A program made the position numbers and the translations under genes. DNA of 64,000 nucleotides. Source: a virus. Shown here one piece after another: positions 46,601-57,400 of this stretch. Each line of letters begins with the position of its first letter. Within the stretch, counting starts at the first letter, position 1. The notes under the pieces were generated by a model, which worked only from the letters and a program-made list of their open reading frames with translations, was not told the origin of the DNA and ran no database searches. The stretch spans positions 9,325-73,324 of the IMG/VR virus record IMGVR_UViG_3300024344_000002. One strand, 5' to 3'.

Positions 46601-48402
46601 TGGCAAATACCAATAATCCAAGAAATGTTGACGCTGGCAAAAATGCCGAGAGCGATATTAGTCATATGTTTTTAGTCGGTGCTTATTACACCGAAGAAAC
46701 AAATATGAGAAACGCTAAAGGTATGCCCGTTAGCTATGGTACTGATCATCCAGTAGAAGGTAAACAGGGACAATTAAAAAGAATTGGCACTGGTAAAGCT
46801 GCTATTGCTACCACCCCAACTTCTAATCTTATGAAGAGTTTTCCTAGTAACCCAGCTTGGCAAAGAAGTGCTGGTGTTAGTCTAGATGGTTTGTTTGTTC
46901 CATTTTCAACTACTTTTAAAATTGTAAGTGAAGAAGGTAGTGACAAAGACGCAAACGTTGAAGTTGGAACTCATGAATACTTTCCAACCTTTGAACGTCC
47001 ATTTTCAACGTTAGATCCAAAAGGTGTAGTAAAAGATAGCATTGATAATTGGTGGCATAACGGTGGTAATGCTTTTGGGTCTTTGGCTGGCAATTTTTCT
47101 TATGTAACATCGGCTAGTTTAAATCCATATGCTTCTGGTCATAGTATTTCAGCAGTTGTAAAAAACAAAACCATTGGGAATCCTAGTATATCTGCGGGTG
47201 GTTACGCTGGAGATGCTCCGCAACAGGGAAGTGCCGAGGGAACATTTGAAAATGTTGCTAGACCTATGGGTTTAAGAGGGCCAATGGTCATGGCTGGTTG
47301 GGGCTATGATACTGATGGTATGCCTGTTCCAAATGCAAGGTTTGAAGCTGAGCGTAAAGATGCCGACCCCGAATCTCATACCTATGGTATGCCTGTAGGT
47401 GTTCATGCTAGCGAAAAATTCAAATCAACGTCTTCAAGTCCACCGCAAGACCATAAACACTTTTTGCCATATTATATGTCTAGGCAAGACCAATGGAAAG
47501 CTGGCCCAATCGACTTAAGATGGGATAGAGATAGAAAAGTTTGGGTTGGTGGTCAATTCAATCAAATATATCTCACAAAAGCTACTCGATGTATACTTCC
47601 TGAAACGGGCATGGATGGTGCAAACTCTTTTCATTTTGGTGTTGGAGGTCTTAGTAGTCCCGGAAGACTATATAGAAATCCATGTCCTACACAAGAATGT
47701 AAGTACACATCATACTTCCCTAAAAGTATGTATTATCCAGATATAGAAATATTTGACCCAGAGGATCATGCTTGGTGTGGTAGATGTAGAACATATGGGA
47801 GTATAACAGCCTGTTCCGACTTTAAAGATGGATGTCAACCATTTTATCATGGAATTTTATTAAGATCTGTTCATCATCAAGTAGGATCAAAAAATGCTCC
47901 TTCAAACTGCACAGACAAGTTTAGAAAAAGTTCTGGAGGATATCCCGGCAATAGAAGAGCTGGAAACCCTTGTCATGGATGGGGTGATAGCTATTTTGGA
48001 AATCCAGAAGGTATTGGAGAAAAAATAGCAGATGGAACAATGACAGAACGAGCAAGAAGTATGCTCTATCAAAAAGTCTTCCTAGAAAACCCACTTGGAC
48101 AAGGTTTAATGGTCGGAGATTCATTTTTTAGTTATGATACTGGTAAGAAGATAACTTATGAATATACAAGAACGGACGCTGCAACTTGCGGACAAAAAGT
48201 AGGAAAACCTATCACTGTAAAAGAGACTATACCTGTTCACATAATTTTACAAGGTGAATTTTACGGTATGGAAATTATATCTAATGCTGGATGTGAAAGA
48301 GGGTCTATGACAGCTTGCACTAGAAAATTCTTTGCTCAGGGTTTTGCTACCGCAGAAGATTGCGGACCAGATGATGATTATCCAAGAACAGCAGCATTAT
48401 AA
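46600..48402 (+). CDS. Tail tip protein with Cys-rich C-terminus
   Basis: RPMGLRGPMVMAGWGYDTDGMPVP and WKAGPIDLRWD. Coupled by TAATG. Confidence 0.5.
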   Translation: MANTNNPRNVDAGKNAESDISHMFLVGAYYTEETNMRNAKGMPVSYGTDHPVEGKQGQLKRIGTGKAAIATTPTSNLMKSFPSNPAWQRSAGVSLDGLFVPFSTTFKIVSEEGSDKDANVEVGTHEYFPTFERPFSTLDPKGVVKDSIDNWWHNGGNAFGSLAGNFSYVTSASLNPYASGHSISAVVKNKTIGNPSISAGGYAGDAPQQGSAEGTFENVARPMGLRGPMVMAGWGYDTDGMPVPNARFEAERKDADPESHTYGMPVGVHASEKFKSTSSSPPQDHKHFLPYYMSRQDQWKAGPIDLRWDRDRKVWVGGQFNQIYLTKATRCILPETGMDGANSFHFGVGGLSSPGRLYRNPCPTQECKYTSYFPKSMYYPDIEIFDPEDHAWCGRCRTYGSITACSDFKDGCQPFYHGILLRSVHHQVGSKNAPSNCTDKFRKSSGGYPGNRRAGNPCHGWGDSYFGNPEGIGEKIADGTMTERARSMLYQKVFLENPLGQGLMVGDSFFSYDTGKKITYEYTRTDAATCGQKVGKPITVKETIPVHIILQGEFYGMEIISNAGCERGSMTACTRKFFAQGFATAEDCGPDDDYPRTAAL

Positions 48403-48411
48403 GGTAGGAAA

Positions 48412-51400
48412 ATGGGCGTAGGAGATCCTTGGGATACATCGTATGATCCGACTAATCCGAAAAAAAGAAACAGAGCTTCTGGCAAGTTAGCTTGGGGTCC
48501 TGATGTTTCTGATGAGTATAGCTATACAGAGGCTCACGAACATCGAGGTGCGGGAAGATTCTGTAAAGAAGGGTGCGGGTGTGTAGATCTTAGCTGTAAT
48601 AGTATTACTGGTGCAACATGTTCATTACCACCGGAAATAGTCATTACGTTAGTGAAAGGTGAGACTGGAAGAGTAGAAGCAAGAGCTGGAGTTTCAGGTG
48701 GGGATGTATGGCACTTAAAATACACTAACGGTCTCTATAGAGGTAGAAAATGCTGCACTAGTGATGACACTAAAGTTACTGGTGATGTTGATAATTTTGA
48801 TGAGTTTGGTAATCAAAAAGAATTTGATGAATCTACTGCGCCATTTAGTTTAAGAACTCCAAGAAACTGTGACCCCTGCAAGGTTACAACTTTACCAAAC
48901 GGAAAAGAATCGCAATGTTGGCGTGGTCAGAACAAGTATTTGGGAGAAGTTAGCGCTAGTGAAGACGGGAATGGAACATCAGAATGGGAAGGTGAGTATA
49001 CAGGTAGACCAGATTATGAGAAAGCTCTTTCAGGAGAAGGCACATGGCCAAGATCATTTGAAGAACTTTCTCTAACCCCGGATGAATGGGGCCAAGCACT
49101 TAATTCCGATTCTAAGACCGATGTAGACCATGTGATAAATGAAGATGGAACTATAACCGTAACAGAAGAAGAAGATAGTCTACACAAAAACGACCTATAC
49201 ACTGGAAGTTCTTTAATAGAAGATGCTCATTATGTTTGTTATAACGAAGATGGTCATGTTATAACTGCAAGCAGTGGGCGTTGTGGTCGTGGTACTCCCG
49301 TCTTTGATGAACCAGCTCATAAACGTCAAATAACACATATAAGTAAGTGTTTTCATGACGGGCAAATTCCGGCTGCTAAAAAGCCTAAATGTAGAAACAT
49401 CCAAACCGGAAAAGACATCGAAGTTTCTGGCTACAACTATTGCACTGGCTCTATGCAATATACATACGCTTTTGCGCATTGTGTAAAAAAAGATACGCAA
49501 TTCGAGCCAACTGAGGCAGGTGTCGGTACTGACAAAAAATCATGTGAATCGGGTGGCGACAGATGGATAACTCTAAATGAAATAATAAATCATTGCCAGT
49601 CTAAATTTGACGAAAGTGGCGTTTCTTCTGTCTGGCTTGATAGTGAAGCCGGATGTCAATTGAGAGGTGTTTGTAAAGCTAAAAACACCGGAGAAATTAT
49701 AGAGGGTATTGATAACGAAAAAGAGTGTAGAGAAGAAGAACCAAAGAATCATTTTCTAGCTCACCAATGGGTAGACTGGGAAAGAGACCCTGAAAGTTGT
49801 TGCGGTGGCATGATGACATCTGAAAGTCATCCAAGTCATACACCTCAAGTTTCTGGTGGCTTTGCTAATACTAGAAAAAACAACGTTTGCTTTACACCTT
49901 ACAGGGAGTTAGTTCTTACTCCAGATGGCATTTCTGGTACTGATGCTCCTATACATGCTGAGGCTGGTTGTGTTGCTATACAGAACCAAGAAGAAAGAAT
50001 AACGATACATGCCGATACTGAGTCTTATTGGACTGTGACATTACGAGAGTGTGGTTTTTGGGCTGATTGCTTTAACGATCAAGGCGAAAGAAACACTAGT
50101 GTTTATGGCAAAAATCAAATGGGGTGTGGGGAAGAATTAATGCTTTACTTCCCTATGGATCAGTTCTTGAACTGTTCTGATTTTAATCTCACACTTAGCG
50201 ACAAAAACACTCTTAATAGTGGCTGGAGTGAAGTACAACAAAGATGGAACAGTAATATGTCCCATTACTTTGGTAATCCTGCTGGCTTTTTCCCCGGAAA
50301 CCCTGAAGACCCAGAAGATGGAAAACATTGGTGTGCTTGGCCTAACCCTCAATTTCTTGAAAGTAGTGAAGATGCTATTTGTGAAAGATACACGTATCAA
50401 GAAAGTGGAAAACCAATACCACGAAATCATAATCCACTAGGACATCTAAAACTAAAAGCTTTTAACTATAGACCTCAACCATTTAAAGCCACTGAAAAAA
50501 CACAAAATTATGCTAAAGGAGTAGAACAAGCAGTAAACGACCACAGGTATTGGCAAAAATGCGCCGCGCAAAAAGCAGGTGGTGGAGGAAAGTGGTTTAT
50601 AAATATGGGGTTGGACTATTGGTTCACCCATGACTTCCTCTATAAAAACGCTACTCCAGCCGTATGTGAATCAGTAAGTCAGGGAGTTAGAGATGCAATA
50701 GATGGATTGGAAGGTAGTCTCACTAGCCATGCTTGTGGGATTAGTCTAGGTTGGGATGCTTGGCAAAAATCAGAAGCTAATCTAGAAGCGTGCGACTGTG
50801 GCGGAGAGGCCGGAAAATCTCCAATACCCAGTAGATGCAAAACAGAAAATGAAGATAGTTCTACGTTTTCTTACAAGACTCTAAGCGATGAATTTACTGA
50901 AGACGATTGTAAAAGAGGTGGTGGAGAAGTACAAATATGTTGCGAGGATGAAAGAGGTTGTAGTCGTCCAATTACATGGACGTTAGACCTAGTAAAAGAA
51001 GGTTCTAAATGTAGAGTTCCTCCCGTGTTTAACGAGACTGTTAATACTGGAACATGTCGGTGTGTAGTCGAAGTTGAAGGCGAAGGTGACGTTCCTGAAT
51101 ATAGAGTAGAAGAGAGTCAATTACCATCACAGCCTGAGTCAGAAGACGATGAAGCCGAAAATTGCAAGTCTAAAGGTCTTGAAGAAGGAAAAACTTGTAT
51201 TTGGTTTGGAGATGAAATAATTGATGATGAAGGAAATGCTCTTCCCCCAACCGATGAAGACCTGTGTCGAGAGGTAGGAGAAAGCCAAGATACTGGAGGC
51301 GAAATATTTACAGCATCTGCACTAACCAGACCCGCTAATGATGAAGGCGAATGTACATGTACACTCAGTAAAGAATGCGCTCAAGGAGAATGGACAGAAA

Positions 51401-54400
51401 GAAGAAGTTTTTCTCAAGCAGTTTTGACGGTTGACGCTCATTGCGAACCAGTATTTCCTGTTCCTTCAAATATTGTGGCCGCAGCAACAGATTCAAGGAT
51501 TGTTGGAGAAAGAGGTATAACAATAAGTGGTCATACAGCTGATCAAGTAGGCCAAAATGATGGAGATAGAGTACACGCAATTCATAATGATTCTTTAGAC
51601 TATTGGGGAAAAACAGGTTTATTCCCAAAAGGTGAAGGTTTAATCAGCTTTGTTAATAATCATTGTATTGGAACTGGAAGAGAAGTATCAGTCCAAGATG
51701 CTAGTAACACATCTCCTATAACCGTAACCTCAAGAAATCACAGGCTGGTCGAAGGTACAAAGGTTATGACCTATGGCATCATAGGTAACTTTGCAGCTAA
51801 CGTGCTGTCAAACAGAGACTGGCAAGAGATGCAGTACCAAGACAAAATTTACACTCCTTGTACTGGAGACTCATGCGACGACATAATGTTTCCGGGGGCA
51901 AAATGTCCGGGTGTCTACAAAGAAGATGGAACGTATGAGTGTCCCGATGAATTTTTGGCTTGTTATGGTTCTGTAATAATGGGTAGAGACCCAGATCCAG
52001 CACCTTGGTTCGTGGCTAAAAATATTACGAGAGATACGTTTGACTTGTTTGCCTGCGACGGAAAGCCTATTGACGGAACAATAAACGCTTTTGCTAATTT
52101 ACCAGAACTAGAACGTCTTGGTTGCGATGACGGCGTTTGCATAATGGGTGATATTGAGCAAACGATACTACAAGAACAAAAGACTGAACTCACACTCAAA
52201 TATACAGATGGTACTATAGTTCCATTTGCCGAAGCAGATGAAGAAAAATTAAATGGGGAACTTCCAAAAATAACAAGCTTCCCAGATATTTGTGTATCGA
52301 AGAGAAACTTCTTAGAGAAGAAAGTTCGTGACAAAAAATTAGGCGAAGTTCGTTTAACTCCTGAGCAATTAAAAGAACAAGAATTTTGCAAAACAAAAAG
52401 AAATGAGGAAGATGAAGATCTTGAAGGACCTTTCAAGATAACAAATGTCATAGGTATTTATGACGATCCTGAAACACCCGAAAAAGAAGGCGGTGGAAGA
52501 CAGTCTTGTGAGCGTTATGGCTTTTGCAAAGTCATGAAAAAAACTGGTGAAAAAACCACTCATGAAATGTCTATGACTAAAGAAGAATGTTTTGAACTAG
52601 CTAAGCATTATAGGTTGTATCCTAATGAAGGTACTGCTTCTTGTGAACGAGATGATACTAGATGCGTACATCCAACGAAAAAATCTTGCATAATTGATAA
52701 TACAATTCAGGTTGAACCTTATGGGGATTGTGGGACATGTAGTGAAGGAGATCACAAACATAAAGCAGACTGTTTAGAGGAAAGTGGAGATCCAGTATGG
52801 ACTCCCGGAAAGCTAGTTGACTTTGAAATACAGCAAGAATTTAAAACCCAGTCAAATTGCCAAGTCGAAAAAGAAGGAACTTGGATTGAAGAAAAAACTT
52901 TATTACCACAAATAGATAAAGATAGCTGTACTGGAACTCAAAGGCATAACGGAAAAGATAGAATTCTTGCATGGTCTGAAGGCAACTATCATACCTGCGT
53001 TCAAAATAACGGCGAGGGAGATGGCGCATTTTCAGGATGTTGGGCGCAGCATAGATTTGGTCCTGCTCCTCCTGAGTCAAATATGGAAATTGACACTGAT
53101 GTAGATGCGCACAGCTTTATTTCTTACAAAACCTGTCCATACACTGGTGCTTTTGCAGTGATGTTAGACGATGAAGGAGTAAATGCTGGATATGTTTCTC
53201 ATTACACAAAAGAAGAGATAGATGAATTGTATCATCCGGGATGGGATGGCATTGGCTACAAGTATGAACATAGAGCGCAAGATTGGTATATGCAGGTTGA
53301 ACAAAAAGGAACATGTCCTGTTTGTTGTGACCATTTCTTGCCCCACACTTTAAATGCTACTTTAACTGCACAAGATAGTAGTTGGAATCGTGTTGGGTGT
53401 GGACGAGATATATGCAGACCAGAATTTGTAGGACATCAAGGTTATTGTTGTTCAGATACCTTTCATGGTTGTAATATTAGTGACATTCCACATTGTGAAA
53501 CTGGATTCTGTGATAAACCAGATAACCATAGTAAGGTTGAATGTGAAGCTGCCGAGGGAACATGGAAAGGAAACTGGGAAACTTATGGAAAATGTATACA
53601 TGGGGAAACCGGAGAAAGGTTAATCAGATATAGAAAAGATGACTGTGATAAAGTTGTTGACAGTGATGGCGAAATAATAGGTGAGTTTGAACCTCTTAAA
53701 CGTCCAGAAGACTGTGACATGTTTATTAGAAAACGCCCTAATGTAATGGGGACTACAAACTGTAGGGATTGTGGATGCATTTATAGAGATAGCCAGAATG
53801 CACCAATCAAAAATGATCCATGTTGTCCTAATTGTGAATGCATGACAAATGATCAAGATGTGCGACTGTTCGCAATGGACTATCCTTATTGGACATGTCG
53901 TGAAATAGAAGACTACATGATTAATGAGGGTATTGAATGTGGTTTAGATGAAGTAGGTGTAGAGCATAATTTTGGGCTAACAACAGCAACTTGCAAATTT
54001 TATTCTGGTAGTGATGATAACTGTGCGGGTGTTAGTTGTGGTAACTTTTTTGATGAAGCAAATTGTGTAGACGATGATGTGAATAACTGTTGTCAATGGC
54101 ACGGTTTTGACGCGCCAGAAGACGACGGGAAATGTTGTGTAACACATGATGGAGTGCCTGACTGTGCAGAAATATGTAGAAATGAAGATACACAAGCTAG
54201 AATAGGTAATTTTGTTACTGATGAAGCTACATGTTCTGCAAGCGGAGGTGTGATAGCATCTGGTGAAACTGGTAGCGATTATGACACTTGCGAAATTGAC
54301 GAAGATGGTGATCCTACGGGAAATTCGTGGACGACAGGGGAGTGTAAAAAAGCGCCAGCGGGTGAAGAAGATGGAAGATACGATTGGTCTTACGAGCCTT

Positions 54401-57400
54401 GTATTTGTTATCCCGAGAAAGTATCTCATGATTGTCATCCCGGACAGCTATGTACTGAAGGTTTTGAAGGAAGCTGTTTAAGAGATGGGATAAGCTCAAG
54501 CCCAAAAGATAATTGTTTAGGAGTTGGTGGAAAATGTGATTGTTCAAGTGCTTCTGATCCAACAGCTTGTGGAGATGCAGAAACTTCGACAGAAGAAACC
54601 TGTAAAGAGGCTGGTGGAAAATTTTATTATCCACAAGGTTGTGGACCAAGACACATATCAACTGATTTTCAACTTGATTGTTACGATCTAGCTAATAGTT
54701 GTAAACAGCTTGGCGCAGATGAAACAGTTCCCGGATTTGGAAGTATGTCAATGCCATTAGAATTTAATGGTGTAACATGGGCTTCTACTTGGCACAAAAT
54801 GAACAATGTGGGAATGAAGTCATGCCATATGATTACTTATCCTGAACATTGTTCAACTGGATGGGCGTGTGTTAATGTTGCTGGTAGTGTTGCTAGAGCT
54901 ACTTTAGCTATAAAAGGAGACTGTCTAAAGAAACTGAATCCTGACTGGGAAAAAAATCCAGACAAATCAATAGATCCAGATGAGTGGGATGCTTGCTTAC
55001 AAGATACCTGCAAAGCAAATAGTTGGTATGGTGAAGGCCCCGGAAGAATTGAAACAGCCCGAACGACTAGACCAGCTATTAATACAAAGTGTAATGGTTG
55101 TGATCAAGCTATATTCGGTCTTAGCGCTGGTCTTCACGATGTTGGACCACCAACAGAAGAACATGACGCATTCTTTACAAGGTTGTTGTTAGGCTGTGGA
55201 TCTACTATTGGAAGTGCCTCTGCACACGACGGAGACGCGATGATTCAGGGTGGATTTGACAACACTGATAGCTATAGACGTAGTGGCATGGAACTATGGA
55301 TGGAGATAATGAATTGCTCCTACTGGAACGCAGATGATACAGTCATTAATGAGCCAATGGAAATAGCTGGTATGCCACCAATATATCCCGGAGCTAACAG
55401 TGATGGATGCTGGAGTGGAAGAAAGGTAAACGATGAAAGAGATAAGTTAACTATAGGAGAGGGAAGATTTAAATATTATAAGGCTGGTAATATTTGTATT
55501 TTGGGTGGAGGTCCAGAATGGCCATGTACTGGTTGTTGCACTTACACTGGACCTACACAGCCAACAGCAGTAGCTAGAAGTGGTGCATCTGCTTTATATG
55601 GAATGGAAGTGTGTGCTACTGGCGGTGACGTTAAACAAGCAAACGACTGTCAGCAAGTTGGTATGAAATTGTATCCAGATAAACCAGCAGAAACATTTAA
55701 TGTTTATTATGTAAAAGACGTTCAGGAAGATGGTTCAGGCACTCTGGTAGTAGGTGCTTATGGACCAACCTTTGGTGGTCGTTATTGCGCTTATGAGGCA
55801 GGTGCTACTGTTGGTATAGGAATGGCAGATAAGGCTGAGGCAGAAGGAGGAGCAGTATATCATGAAAAGCAAGGAAGAGTCAGAAATAGGCAATCAAGAA
55901 ATCCATTCTTGCCATTTGGAGGAACAAAACTAACAGAAGCAATTCCAGACGGTAATCTAAATTACTCAGATATGAGTAGAGGGCGTGGCGATAAGCCATT
56001 TATGGAAATAAAGGTTGCAGATGTTACAAAACTAATAAGCGCCGCTCATAAGTACGATAGACATTTAGGAGACTACTCCAGAAGTCTCAATTCGTCAGGG
56101 GAGCTTTCAGGAATAGATGGTAAGAAACCTAAAACCCTTCCTAGCCCATACGGTTTACACCCTTGGCCTGTAGATACCGTTCAAGACACACGCGGTAGTT
56201 TGCGTAGGGGTCTTCCAGATAGTTCAATACAACAACACCCATTAAGAGTAGAAAGCCTTGCTTTAGATGAGCTTGGTCATGTAATGATTCCGGGAAGAGT
56301 CGGGCCTATACCAACAGCTGAATACTTAAATAAGTACAGTGAATACAAAGAAGTTAAAATGGGCGGAGGTCATGATGGAGCTACTACAAGTACTCCTATT
56401 CCAGTACACGACTCAAGAGAACCTGCCGGTATAAAATCCTATAGAAATGTCTATGACATACCTGACGAAAATGATCCAGACCCATCAAGAGGTTACTGCA
56501 CAAATGGATCTTACACAAGCAAAAAGGTATGTGAAAAGAACAATTCAAAGTGGATTTATCCTTTCTCACACACTGTAATAGAGACGGTACTAGATCATGA
56601 TTTAAATGATGGCGAAAAGGTTTTAGTTAGCGGCTCAATCATGTATAGAGCTACATGTAAGGGTGTCACGCTTGGTGAATGTTATGATTATAACAATCCA
56701 AATATTACAAAGAACATACAAAATCCTAACGATTGTATGGTAGGAAAATGTATTGATCCATTGACTGGAAATGAAGTTTATGACGCAAACAATGATCCTA
56801 TAAAATACGAAGATGCTTGTAGTCAAGCTGCACAATCAAATTCGGCTGATTATCAGTTCGTACCAAATGGCATATGGAGAACGGTGGCTGAAGATTCTGA
56901 GTTAGACGAATACTTGTGCGAAGATGTATTTGGAGGCGAATGGGTAATAGGAAGAAGAAACCTAGACAAAACTTCACGAGGCGAATTTGAAGATCCATTT
57001 AACAATGAACCAAAAATACTCCCAACAGGTCAGTACGAAGAAGGGTGTCCTATTGGCTGTAGAATAAACGCCTTTTATACAAACCAAGCTTGTCAGCCGC
57101 CAACTAAAGATAACCCAGATGGAAAGTGTTTGCTATGCCACGAAGTAGAGATAATAGAAAAAGATGCCAGCGGCGGAGAAGTTGTTAGGGAAGTTACAAG
57201 ATGTCCATACCATGATATAGATGATATGCACATTGTTAGATTAAGACATTGTCAAAATGCTCTATTCAACACAAAAGAAGACTGCGAATCAAATGGATGG
57301 CAATGGTATCCAATTCCTTTAGAATCGAATGAGTTCGCAATACATGGAGAGTTGAACTATGATGTTCATGAGACTCCATACTTAAAAATTGCAGAAGAAT

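Noticed and set aside
57127-57141. CxxCH (CLLCH) heme-binding motif in the 3403-aa protein
   Set aside because: A single occurrence in a very Cys-rich protein with no signal peptide is expected by chance. This is not a multiheme cytochrome.
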